Shown here piece by piece: positions 17,295 through 26,704 of a stretch of 38,787 bases of DNA (its first letter is position 1; each line of letters opens with the position of its first letter). Under the pieces are notes generated by a model. It was given only the letters and a program-made list of their open reading frames with translations, was not told the origin of the DNA and did no database searches. The translations under genes were made by a program, and so were the position numbers. Source of the DNA: Acidilobaceae archaeon (GTDB lineage Archaea > Thermoproteota > Thermoprotei_A > Sulfolobales > Acidilobaceae); contig JAWBBK010000004.1 of NCBI GenBank assembly GCA_038824665.1, forward strand, positions 77,779-116,565, read 5' to 3'.

Positions 17295-18389
17295 CTAGAA
17301 CCTCACCCTCGGGTCCAAGATTACGTAAAGAACCTCAAGTAAGAACCTGGCTGCTATGTACACTGCAGAGGTCACGTAAACTATTCCTAATATCGTTGGA
17401 GCATCCCCTAAGCTGATTGCTACATTCGTAAGGCTACCCATTCCTGGCCAATCGAAAACTACCTCTGTAATAAGGTAGCCCGATATGCTACCTGCCAAGC
17501 CTAAGATCACAAGAGTCAACACTGGACCTATGGCTACTCTCACAACATACCTCCAGAGTATGAGCCTTTCGGAAAGTCCTTTGGCTCTAGCTGTGTTCAC
17601 GAAGTCCTCGGTGACGACTCTTAGCGTTATAGCTCTAGCTGCATATATCCAGGAGCCTAGAATCCCGAAGAGAACGACGAGTATAGGTAAGTACGCGTAG
17701 TAGAGTATCTCTTTTAGAGCCAAATATGAAGCCCAGAGGTCCATAGAAGCTATGGCCTCACCGAGCTGGTTCAAGTAATGTATCACGTACCTGAAGTTAG
17801 TAGGAGCTATGCCAAGTCTGTAGGAGAAGACTATGATCGCAACCATGGCTATCCACCACACGGGGAAAGCGTTTGTAAAAGCGGCGTAGGAAATGACAAC
17901 TTTATCTGTAAACCCTCCTCTTCGGTAAGCCAAGAGAGCTCCTAAGGGGATCGCTATGACTGACGCTAGAATATAGGCCAGAGTTATCATTATTATAGTT
18001 CTGGGCAAAGCTACTTTTATGGCTTCACTGACCTTAGCTGGAGGCATGAGACCTACGCTATCGGCTACGGAACTCTGTGCAATATATAAGTCTAGCACTA
18101 ATGTGTTCGTAATGAGCTTAGTAATCCTTTCCCAAAGAGGAGCATCAAGTCCATAAACTTTTCTGTAATGTTCTTCGAGCTGTTTTATCTCCTCTGGGCT
18201 AACCTCTATTCCTTTGCTTCGTTTATCTTGTAAATATGCCTGGACCTCCATCTTGACTTGAGCTTCCAAGATTATTCGATCGTATCCTGTTCCTACGACT
18301 ATAACTGCTGTCAAAACCACTATCAAGAAGAGAGTTATTAGTAACGTTACTGCTCTAAAGGCCAGCGCTCTAACTACTCTTGTGTTCAC
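17295..18389 (-). CDS. oppB: Oligopeptide ABC transporter permease (OppB/DppB-like)
   Basis: YGLD.P, LPRT, EDFVNTARAKGL, ITEVVFDWPGMG, LYVILDPRVR. Confidence 0.92.
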   Translation of the reverse strand: MNTRVVRALAFRAVTLLITLFLIVVLTAVIVVGTGYDRIILEAQVKMEVQAYLQDKRSKGIEVSPEEIKQLEEHYRKVYGLDAPLWERITKLITNTLVLDLYIAQSSVADSVGLMPPAKVSEAIKVALPRTIIMITLAYILASVIAIPLGALLAYRRGGFTDKVVISYAAFTNAFPVWWIAMVAIIVFSYRLGIAPTNFRYVIHYLNQLGEAIASMDLWASYLALKEILYYAYLPILVVLFGILGSWIYAARAITLRVVTEDFVNTARAKGLSERLILWRYVVRVAIGPVLTLVILGLAGSISGYLITEVVFDWPGMGSLTNVAISLGDAPTILGIVYVTSAVYIAARFLLEVLYVILDPRVRF

Positions 18390-18448
18390 AGCTTTCCACC
18401 GGGTAAACTCAGCAAACCGGACTTTACAGAAGTAGAGTCAGAAGCCTT

Positions 18449-18466
18449 TAAAAAAACATTAAAAAG
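18449..18466 (-). terminator. Oligo-T tract downstream of oppA, probable archaeal terminator adjoining a TATA-like TTTAAA for oppB
   Basis: Minus strand reads CTTTTTAATGTTTTTTT in the oppA-oppB gap. Confidence 0.45.
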
Positions 18467-18499
18467 ATTAGGAAGAGAAGAGAGTTAATACGTTTTGGT

Positions 18500-21445
18500 T
18501 TAGCTTCTTCTGAAGAACAGAGCTAACATGGCGAGTATGAGTAACATGTTTACAGCTGATAAGATCAACGCATACATAGCGTAGGACCTAGCGGCTTCCG
18601 CTACACTTCTCACATCTTGTACTTCGTTTCTGAGTTCGCCTCTGGTTTCAGATATAGTAGCAGACGTAGCTGTTCTGAGACCCTCTATGGCGGTATTTAG
18701 AGTTGAACCTAGTGTCGCTATGGATTCTGATAAGCTAGACCCAAGTCTCGCTATAGCGTCAGCTAGCTCTCTAGATATGGCTCCTATTCTTGTTTCGACG
18801 TCCATTAGAGACTCTCTAAGCGTCTCTAAGCTCTTAGCTAGCTCCTCATACTGTTCTACGAATTGTGCTGGCACAGCCTGAACTAACGTTGAGTACTCTG
18901 AAGGTAAAGCTACTACATCGGAGTACGTGATTAACGTTAACCTATAGCCCGCGAAGCCTACGAGTTTTGTAGTAACTTCTGCAGGAACCTTTATGGTCAC
19001 AAGCCCTTCTCTAGCTGTAACGGCTCCTGTCGCTAGAACCTCACCTGTCGTTAAGTCAGAGATCAAATACTTCACAGTTATGGTTCCAGGTCCTGTTATC
19101 CTGACTGCGATCTCTGAATCTCTACCGATAACTAAAAGTCTAGTCTCAACTCCAGTGACTCTAGCGGTAACAGCCTCACCAAAGACCCAGTCAGTAGGTC
19201 CGAAGGGATATGTGGGGTCTCTGAAAGCCGTTAGAGTCAGCCTCTGTAGCTCAACGTTGTACTCGGTGAGCATGAAGGGTCCATTGGAGATCCATAGATT
19301 ACGATATTCCTCAAACCAAGAGCGAGCTGCCGCCACTCTAGCTCTCCACTCAGTCTCAGTCATGAGTTTTCTACCAGGTATTGTCACGTAGCTCTCGTAG
19401 CTAGCAAACGGGATCTCTTCTAGTAGAGCAGTCAGTCTTTCAGCGTGGTCTTTAAGAGCTAACGAGAGCCACGGTATCCTCTCTCTATCGGCTCTAGGTC
19501 TATCTAGAGCGAATTCTTTAGCGACGAATGCCGCATAATCTTGCACAGCGTAAAGCTCAAACGGTAACATGACTCCCAGCGCTGCCCAGTCAGCGATATA
19601 GAGAGGCTCAAAGTGCCAATAGTTCAGGTAAACCTCAAGCCTTGTTTCACCAATTATTCTCAAAGCCACTAATACGTCGTAAACATCCTTATAATATGCT
19701 CTGACTGTTGGCTCTATCTCAGCCTTCTCGTCATCGTATATGGCATCTAAGAATACACCGAGACCTCCGATTATGTCAGCCCACGTTATCGTCTGCCCGT
19801 TGTGCCACTTAGCTCCTAAAAACTTAGAGTAATCGAAAACTACTTTACTCGTGGCTGTTGTTCTACCAAGGTCTTTGGCTGAAACCCAAGTGTTCTTCAC
19901 GGCATCAAACCATATTGCATCGTCCGGAACTTGTAGTTTACCTTCAGGTCCTGCTGTATCTATGCTCACTATGCTCACTCTAAACGGCATTGGCATTCCG
20001 GTAAACGGATGTCTCCATGTAGAGAAGTCGTATGTACATCTAGCTGGGTCTACGCTGTAGACGTCTCTGAAACCTCTATAGGGGTTCCAAATCGTTGTGG
20101 CTGTGTGTACCCATAAGTGACCTACTTTGAGCTCTTCTCTACCGGGTATATGAGCTCCTCTGCAATTGAACGGGCTTCTAAGACCGGCTCCCAGGTCTAG
20201 AGTGAGCCCTCGGACCTCATCCCTGTAAGCCGTTATGTCAAGTCTAGCGAAGCCCCATATTCTTATGCTCTCTCTTACCGCTAGGTCTAGTCCTTTTCTG
20301 ATAGAGTCAACCCACTCTTCTTTGCTTTTTACCTTCATTAAAACAGCCATTCTGGCGTAGTCTGAAGCGTTCTTACCATCTATGGTTAGCTCATGCTTGT
20401 AGTTCCAGTAGCCGGGCTCACACCAACCGGGCAGATAGCAATAGAAGTCTCCTCCGAACTGAGCGAGCGGACCAGCATCATAACGATCCATAACTCCTTT
20501 GCCCCAGCCTTCAGTATAGTAGCTCCACCGAAGTTCCTTGGGGTCTGTATAGTACACTGTGCTTATGGCTGGCCCGAAGGGTAATTCGAGCCTGCTCACC
20601 TTGAAGCCGAGCTTGATCAGCTCAAGAGCAAATGCTCTGCCTATGTCAAGTCTCTCGTCTTCAACTCTTATAAGAGCCTTGATCTCAACGGGTACATCCG
20701 CGTAATGCCATACCCCACCCACGAGGGTAGCTCCTATGTCGGTCATGATCTCCGTTATTACTTTCTTAGCGTAGTCAGGGTTGTAGCCGAACCTGTATCT
20801 AGCGGCCACATCGGCTACTTCAGCATAAGTTGGATCGTCAGGACCGTAGGGCATGTACTTTATTAGCGCAAATCCACGATATACCTCTCTAACTATCCTA
20901 TCTCTATCGAGAGCGTAGTTTAGTGCGAACCTGACCTCTCTGATGCAGAATGGGTTGAGAGTAATGCTTGGATGGCGCCACTCTTCAACCACTCCTGAAG
21001 GTAAAGTAGTCAGGACTCCACAAAGTTCGACTCTAGTTCTGTTAACAGCTTCGTCGTACCTTACATATCTTATTAGTGTGGGCTTCACACCGAGAGTTAG
21101 AGCAACTGTCTCTTCCGTGTGACTGCCCGCGAGACTGACTATTTGAACTGGAGCAGGATTGAGCACTATGTCTATTAAACCTGTAGGAGCGAACGCTAGT
21201 TTGACCCCTGGAATCTTAGCTATTTCTGCTGCCGCTACGCCTCTTAAACCAAAGATGTACATATCTATTTCTCGAGCTTCTAAAGCGCTGGCTACTCTAT
21301 CATGAGGTACTCTAGTGATTACAATCCTATCGGAAGCCGGACCTTTAACTGTTTGGGCTACGGCAGGGATTGGCGCTATAGATATCAAGAGGACCAACAA
21401 CAGGATAAGTGATATCGATGTTATTCTATTACTCACAGGGAACAC
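18500..21445 (-). CDS. oppA: Large ABC transporter substrate-binding protein (family 5, OppA-like) with signal peptide and C-terminal membrane anchor
   Basis: N-terminal signal peptide, NPFCIREVRFALNYALDR, WHNGQTITWAD, ISNGPFML, C-terminal helical stalk and transmembrane segment ending RRS; lies upstream of oppBCF. Confidence 0.9.
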   Translation of the reverse strand: MFPVSNRITSISLILLLVLLISIAPIPAVAQTVKGPASDRIVITRVPHDRVASALEAREIDMYIFGLRGVAAAEIAKIPGVKLAFAPTGLIDIVLNPAPVQIVSLAGSHTEETVALTLGVKPTLIRYVRYDEAVNRTRVELCGVLTTLPSGVVEEWRHPSITLNPFCIREVRFALNYALDRDRIVREVYRGFALIKYMPYGPDDPTYAEVADVAARYRFGYNPDYAKKVITEIMTDIGATLVGGVWHYADVPVEIKALIRVEDERLDIGRAFALELIKLGFKVSRLELPFGPAISTVYYTDPKELRWSYYTEGWGKGVMDRYDAGPLAQFGGDFYCYLPGWCEPGYWNYKHELTIDGKNASDYARMAVLMKVKSKEEWVDSIRKGLDLAVRESIRIWGFARLDITAYRDEVRGLTLDLGAGLRSPFNCRGAHIPGREELKVGHLWVHTATTIWNPYRGFRDVYSVDPARCTYDFSTWRHPFTGMPMPFRVSIVSIDTAGPEGKLQVPDDAIWFDAVKNTWVSAKDLGRTTATSKVVFDYSKFLGAKWHNGQTITWADIIGGLGVFLDAIYDDEKAEIEPTVRAYYKDVYDVLVALRIIGETRLEVYLNYWHFEPLYIADWAALGVMLPFELYAVQDYAAFVAKEFALDRPRADRERIPWLSLALKDHAERLTALLEEIPFASYESYVTIPGRKLMTETEWRARVAAARSWFEEYRNLWISNGPFMLTEYNVELQRLTLTAFRDPTYPFGPTDWVFGEAVTARVTGVETRLLVIGRDSEIAVRITGPGTITVKYLISDLTTGEVLATGAVTAREGLVTIKVPAEVTTKLVGFAGYRLTLITYSDVVALPSEYSTLVQAVPAQFVEQYEELAKSLETLRESLMDVETRIGAISRELADAIARLGSSLSESIATLGSTLNTAIEGLRTATSATISETRGELRNEVQDVRSVAEAARSYAMYALILSAVNMLLILAMLALFFRRS

Positions 21446-21492
21446 CTCTGACTCTTTAGTTTAACTCTTTGAATAGTTTTAAAGTTTTAACA

Positions 21493-22278
21493 TTAACCTA
21501 TCGTTAATAGGGAACTAATAGCTTCTCCTCGCAGACTGAGAAACGCTATCCCCACAATAGCAAGAGTCAACACAGCTAAGATGAGAGCTTTTATGCGCTC
21601 GTCTTCAGCTCTTACTACTAGCTCGTAAGAGAAAGCCTTAAGGTCTGAGAATTCGTATCTACACAAGCCAGAAGTGCAATCCCTGAATAAAACCACTCCT
21701 TTATCTTCTCCAGACAGTACATCAAGTTTGAAGCTCCTGTTTCTCCCGCCCTCAACCAAAAGTTCCAGCTTCGTGTAAGCAAGTCTATACTCAGCTACAG
21801 CTACTCCTTTCTCCGGCAACAAAGAATAGGTGTAGAGAAGCCTTCCCTTATCGACCGTTAAGACTTGAGAAACGAGCGCTATTCCGCGATCGGGTAATAG
21901 GATGAAGTTGATAGGCCTAGCTCCTCTAGGTAGCTCGACTCTCGTTCCGCATTCAGCTATGAGGCTTTTAATCTCGCCTTCAGAGCTCTCATAAACGACC
22001 TCGAACCTCTCTATATCGATATCTGAAATGAGTACTCTACATTCAACAGCATAGCTCTCTACAACGGTGATCTTGAGTTCTTCCCGATCAAACAGCCTGA
22101 TCACTGTAGTCCCGTTCTTGAACTCCGCGTCTCTGACTCTTACCTCTTTCCAGTGAAGCTCCAAGGCTAGAGCTGAGAGAGAGACCAGAGTTAGAGTAAT
22201 GAATATAGTCAGTAGCATGAGCTTCTTTTTTCTGCTCCTCAAGCCTCTGCCTCTCCGCTTCTCAACTTCCGCTCTCAC
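21493..22278 (-). CDS. Hypothetical exported membrane protein with N-terminal and C-terminal hydrophobic segments
   Basis: Basic N-terminus followed by LMLLTIFITLTLVSLSALAL, beta-rich middle region, C-terminal LILAVLTLAIVGIAFL; overlaps the deacetylase gene. Confidence 0.7.
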   Translation of the reverse strand: MRAEVEKRRGRGLRSRKKKLMLLTIFITLTLVSLSALALELHWKEVRVRDAEFKNGTTVIRLFDREELKITVVESYAVECRVLISDIDIERFEVVYESSEGEIKSLIAECGTRVELPRGARPINFILLPDRGIALVSQVLTVDKGRLLYTYSLLPEKGVAVAEYRLAYTKLELLVEGGRNRSFKLDVLSGEDKGVVLFRDCTSGLCRYEFSDLKAFSYELVVRAEDERIKALILAVLTLAIVGIAFLSLRGEAISSLLTIG

Positions 22279-22990
22279 CGAACTTAGTCGAAGCCAGCTC
22301 GCTGAGAGTAACGATCTCGTAACCTAGAGTCCTGAGGTACTTAAGAGTCTGGGCTACGTTGTTAGCTACTCTTCTGCCTACACCAACTGTCAGGTCAGGT
22401 CTTTTCAGACTTCTAACCTCTACTAACTCCCAGGGGTGTAGATCGAGAACTATTAGAGAGCCCGGAAGCGGAAGGATAAGCTTTAACAAGAAAAAAGGAA
22501 GCCTTAAGACGCTACTAGGATGAGTTGTAGGAACCCTGACAATCCCTTCTTCTATCTTCACCTCCTTGTAGAAAGGAGGCTTGTAGAGAGTTATGCTCGA
22601 GTCCACTTCTATTCCCTCTTCTTTGAGAACCTTTAAGAGAGCTACAGGCAACTTAAAGTTAGGAGCTCTGAATGAAACCACGTTCCCGAAGTCTTTAAGA
22701 ACTCTAAGGCTCATCCTCACGTTTTCTGTGGCTTCTGAGTAGCTGAGCTTGTCAAGTCTTCTATGGTCCCAACCGTGACTGGCTAACTCGTGACCTTCCT
22801 CAACTATTTTGGAGACCATCTTCGGATATTTGACAGCCACTAGCCCTAAGGTGAAAAACGTAGCTTTGACTTCAAGGGTTTTTAAGATGTCTAGGAGGAG
22901 AGGAAGTCCTTCCTCCACTCCTCTCCAGCTGTTAAGGTAAGGAGGAGCGTCCATCTCTACATCGACGGTGAGCGTCGCGATACGTTTCAT
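22262..22990 (-). CDS. Polysaccharide deacetylase (NodB/CE4 family)
   Basis: LTVDVE, KATFF, GHELASHGWDH, SFRAP, DSS, LHPWE. Confidence 0.92.
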   Translation of the reverse strand: MKRIATLTVDVEMDAPPYLNSWRGVEEGLPLLLDILKTLEVKATFFTLGLVAVKYPKMVSKIVEEGHELASHGWDHRRLDKLSYSEATENVRMSLRVLKDFGNVVSFRAPNFKLPVALLKVLKEEGIEVDSSITLYKPPFYKEVKIEEGIVRVPTTHPSSVLRLPFFLLKLILPLPGSLIVLDLHPWELVEVRSLKRPDLTVGVGRRVANNVAQTLKYLRTLGYEIVTLSELASTKFGESGS

Positions 22991-24129
22991 TTCACTTCAG
23001 CCAATACTTTCTCCGCAAATCTGTACACAGATAAATATCTTGGCAACTGGTGCTCGCAGTCAAAATAGGTAGCGCGCTGAAGCGCACCGACAGCTAGCTT
23101 CTTCCTCAAGCTCTCATCGTTTATCAGAACCATAGTGTACTTGACGAACTCTTGTAGAGAGCTGGCCAGTAACCCGCTCTCACCGTGGCTGACAACCTCA
23201 GGAAGACCCCCAACCCTCATAGCTACTACTGGTACACCTGAAGCCATGGCCTCTAGAGCTGAAAGACCGAAAGCTTCAGTTCTGCTTGGTAGAACGAAGA
23301 CCTGGCTCCTCTTCAAAACCTTTCTTACCTTAGATCTTTCCAGAGGACCTAAGAGCACTACATTCTGAAGACCTTTCTTTTTGATTCTCTTTTCCATAGC
23401 TTTCTGAAGCTCTCCTGCGCCAACCACGTATAGTCTTGCCTTAGGGACTTCTCTTGCCATCTCCTCAGCCAGATAGAGAAGAGCAAGAGGGTTCTTGCGG
23501 TGCGTAAGTCTGAGAACCGAAACCACCACGGGGTCTCCCTCTAAAGAGGAATCTTCTTCAGCTTTTGCCCACTCACTGCATACTAGACAGTTGTACGTTA
23601 CGGTCAGCCACGGAGGCTTCAGCCTCCTATAAAGTTCTTCAGCTAGGCTTCTGCTAACCGCAGTTAGAACCCCTGTGTTCTTTACTAAGAACCTGAGTCC
23701 TAGAACGATATAACTAGGGGTGTCTTTATCTAAAAAGGAGTGTGCGGTAAGGACTGAAGGTCTTCCCAGTCGCTTCCAGCTTGAGTAAGCTCCTACTAGA
23801 GCTAGTGTTGAATAGAGGCTATGTTCATGAACTACATCAGGGTCTACAGCTTTCAAAATGCCACTCATCATAGCTATAGCTCGAGGATTCAAGGTGATTC
23901 CTCTGTAATCCAGATAAGAGTGTGACAATCTTATCACACTGACCCCATTCTCTTTGAATATGGGAAAGCAGGATGGGCTGATGTTTTCTGCTCTCGAGTT
24001 TTGTTTAGCTTTAGTGATTACTATCACTTCATGTTGTTTTTGAGTTAGGACTTTAATGTAATCCTCAAGGAAGCTCTCAATACCTCCGATCCTAGGCTTG
24101 AAGGAGTCCGTGACTATGGCTATCCTCAT
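22987..24129 (-). CDS. GT4 glycosyltransferase, PIG-A-like
   Basis: [60 protein letters not shown]. Start set to ATG 24129, just after the upstream stop. Confidence 0.9.
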   Translation of the reverse strand: MRIAIVTDSFKPRIGGIESFLEDYIKVLTQKQHEVIVITKAKQNSRAENISPSCFPIFKENGVSVIRLSHSYLDYRGITLNPRAIAMMSGILKAVDPDVVHEHSLYSTLALVGAYSSWKRLGRPSVLTAHSFLDKDTPSYIVLGLRFLVKNTGVLTAVSRSLAEELYRRLKPPWLTVTYNCLVCSEWAKAEEDSSLEGDPVVVSVLRLTHRKNPLALLYLAEEMAREVPKARLYVVGAGELQKAMEKRIKKKGLQNVVLLGPLERSKVRKVLKRSQVFVLPSRTEAFGLSALEAMASGVPVVAMRVGGLPEVVSHGESGLLASSLQEFVKYTMVLINDESLRKKLAVGALQRATYFDCEHQLPRYLSVYRFAEKVLAEVK

Positions 24130-24130
24130 C

Positions 24131-25003
24131 TTAATCAGCCCTCGAAGTGGTAACGACCTTTTTGAGAATCGTAAACCCTCCTTCTTTAAACACAAATAGT
24201 GCACCTAAAAGCGACGGTATGATTGAAGCTGTAGCTCTTTCAGCCAAAACGAGAGCTAGGACATCGTCTGAGTTGTAACCAGCGACGTTGAGGAAAAGTA
24301 TATACGTACCTTCGAAGACTCCTATGTTTCCTGGAGTCAAGGAGATCAATCTCGAAGCTACACCCAAGAGAGTTAGAGAAGCCGCTATGGACATATCTAT
24401 AGAGACTCCCACGAACTTAGCTAAAAAGAAGAGCCTCACGCTATCTACAATCCACAAGGCAGCTGAGAGAGCGCAGAGAGTTAGGACGAGCTTTGGATTT
24501 AACAGCACTTCATAGGCTTTCTGCAATGTATCGTAGACGTAGTCACAGGCTCTTCTGACCACACCTACCACATATAGTGAGACCGCTAGATGCGTCTGAA
24601 ACGCTTTTACGAAAAGAAGCGTGTAAACCAGTGCAACTGGGAGTTCCGAAACCCTCTCTACAGCTACTCCTGTAGCGAGCTTAGCAGTCTCTATGCCACT
24701 TCTATAAGATGTCCAGGCAATCCGAGCTAACTCACCGCTAACGCTATATATGTTTATCAGATTGTTAACCAAGATCCCAACGAAGATACCTTCGAGCACA
24801 TACGCTAAGCTAGCGGGCCTAATCTCTATGCGAGAAGCAATAGCCCACCTTAACCCCCATAAAAACACTGAAAAAAAGTATAACGAGATCACTATCAACG
24901 CATAGCGAGTTTCAAGTCTGCTGATTGACATCTCAACAGCGTTATGTACGCTCTGTACCAGCTCTAAATCCAGCACCGCGGCTACCCTCATTAGAATTCT
25001 CAA
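24131..25003 (-). CDS. UPF0104 / lysylphosphatidylglycerol synthase transmembrane-domain (flippase-like) protein
   Basis: LRW, N...SGELAR, VAVER, TPGNIGVFE and LAER motifs with several transmembrane segments; BRE-TATA-like GAAAACTTTAAG about 25 nt upstream. Confidence 0.87.
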   Translation of the reverse strand: MRILMRVAAVLDLELVQSVHNAVEMSISRLETRYALIVISLYFFSVFLWGLRWAIASRIEIRPASLAYVLEGIFVGILVNNLINIYSVSGELARIAWTSYRSGIETAKLATGVAVERVSELPVALVYTLLFVKAFQTHLAVSLYVVGVVRRACDYVYDTLQKAYEVLLNPKLVLTLCALSAALWIVDSVRLFFLAKFVGVSIDMSIAASLTLLGVASRLISLTPGNIGVFEGTYILFLNVAGYNSDDVLALVLAERATASIIPSLLGALFVFKEGGFTILKKVVTTSRAD

Positions 25004-25061
25004 TAATAGTTGAATCTGTTCTTAAAGTTTTCTCAGTCACCACACACTTTACTTCATGAAA

Positions 25062-25127
25062 ATCAAGAAGAACAAATGCGAGGTCCACATTTTTAAATTT
25101 GAAAAGAAGGTTGTATTTCTTCTTGAT
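25062..25127. repeat. 11-bp perfect inverted repeat with 44-bp spacer
   Basis: ATCAAGAAGAA (25062-25072) and TTCTTCTTGAT (25117-25127). Confidence 0.7.
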
Positions 25128-25422
25128 GTTTTAGAAAGGTTTATAATTATAGTTTCTGCTCGTGTCTAGGACGAGATGATTCTGAAAAGCGATAAGAACA
25201 TGCTCCGAGTTGCTGAGACCTCAAGCCTAGCGAGTATAGTATCGTTGAACTTGACCGTTATCCGTGAACCTGTGCGAACTAAATAAACGTTTTCTGAATA
25301 TAGGAGTGGGAGAACGCAAACAGAAAGAATATACCTCTAGAGGCAAACGGTCTCTTAATGACCTGTACTTAGATTAATGTTCATATACTTTTCCAAGTAT
25401 CTGAAAGCTATGGAGACGAGAT

Positions 25423-25734
25423 TTGTATAGAGCCGCTATCCGAGCACACGCTCCTCAGCCGGAAGCCTTGCTCGAGGGACTTAAAAGCTTAAAGGAAAGT
25501 CTCTCTAGCTTCTGCTCTACTGTAGAGAGACCTGGCTGGTTGTTAGCGGGATGTGGAGATGTCTTGATCAAAGCTGTAGTAGAGCTGAGAGCTGAAGGGA
25601 CCTATAGGATGACCTCTGAGACTGTCCTTCTGATCGTCTTAGAAGGGAGAGAGCCTGTAGCCTTAGTCGAGAAAGCCAAAACAGTTGTTTCAATACTGAC
25701 TCTTAGCGGACTAGCTTCGGTTCTTGAAAGCTAG
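25423..25734 (+). CDS. Hypothetical protein (103 aa)
   Basis: Open frame with host-like codon usage, GGAG upstream and a T-tract after the stop; no recognised motif. Confidence 0.6.
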   Translation: MYRAAIRAHAPQPEALLEGLKSLKESLSSFCSTVERPGWLLAGCGDVLIKAVVELRAEGTYRMTSETVLLIVLEGREPVALVEKAKTVVSILTLSGLASVLES

Positions 25735-25810
25735 AACTTTTTTATCCCGTATTTTTAAATCTCGATTTTGAATCTTCGCCATATATTATTGGAGAGAGGT
25801 GGTCTGGTCT

Positions 25811-26704
25811 ATGCGAGGGCTTGTACGAACTCTCTTCTATATCTTAGAGTCCACCAAACCCAAACAGACAGCTCTTATGCTTCTAACTATGTTGGGAGCT
25901 TATGCAGCTGGTTATGTTATTTCTGGTTCTGAAGACTTTTCTCTAGCCTTCCTTCTAGCTCTTCTAGCCATGGGCTACTTAGCTGTAGGAGGTACCACGT
26001 TGCTCAATATGTACTTCGACGTAGATATAGACAGCATAATGATGAGAACCATGAATAGACCTTTGCCCTCGAGGAAGCTAGACAAGAATATAGCTCTCAT
26101 CTGCGGAGTTCTCATGGTTTTGTCATCATTAGTGATAGCATGGAACATAAACATCTACGTTCTAGCTACGATAGTGGTGGGCTTCGTTTTCGACATATTA
26201 GGATACACAATATTGTTGAAGAGACGCTCTCCCTTCAGCATCTTTGCTGGAGCCGTAGCTGGCTCGATGCCAGCCTTAGGAGGCTGGGCTGCAGCTACGG
26301 GATCTTTGAACGTCCCTGCCTTTCTGCTCGCCTCTTTGGTGTTCCTTTGGCAACCGCTTCACGTATGGTTTCTCTCTTACTTCTACAGCGAAGACTATAT
26401 GAGAGCTGGAATCCCATCTCTCCCCTTGATCGTGAAGCCTACAGCTTTCGGGAGCGTAGTCTTGACGTTCCTGGCTTTGTTCGTCTTAGCTGTTGCGATG
26501 TTTGTACTTGTCACAGGCTACGGGGTCGTAGCTTTGTTTGTGAGCTTCTTTGGGTCTTTAAGAGTCTCACAGATGATACTGAAGTTCATCGAAAATTCAG
26601 AGAGAACTCTAGCTTGGAAGATCTTCAAGCTTGCAACTCCTCTGCTGGCCTTGACTTTCATTCTGATACCTTTAGAGGCTGCAGTCCGGTTTTGGCTTTT
26701 TTGA
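25811..26704 (+). CDS. ctaB: Protoheme IX prenyltransferase (heme O synthase, UbiA family)
   Basis: TKP, NMYFDVDIDSIMMRTMNRPLPS, YTILLKRRSP, GSMPALGGWAA, FLWQPLH, EDYMRAGIP; GAGGTG precedes ATG 25811. Confidence 0.95.
   Translation: MRGLVRTLFYILESTKPKQTALMLLTMLGAYAAGYVISGSEDFSLAFLLALLAMGYLAVGGTTLLNMYFDVDIDSIMMRTMNRPLPSRKLDKNIALICGVLMVLSSLVIAWNINIYVLATIVVGFVFDILGYTILLKRRSPFSIFAGAVAGSMPALGGWAAATGSLNVPAFLLASLVFLWQPLHVWFLSYFYSEDYMRAGIPSLPLIVKPTAFGSVVLTFLALFVLAVAMFVLVTGYGVVALFVSFFGSLRVSQMILKFIENSERTLAWKIFKLATPLLALTFILIPLEAAVRFWLF

Noticed and set aside
22218-22278. Twin-arginine signal peptide (KRRG) on the membrane protein, given the nearby tatA
   Set aside because: It does not match S/T-R-R-x-F-L and the true start may be the downstream ATG at 22218.
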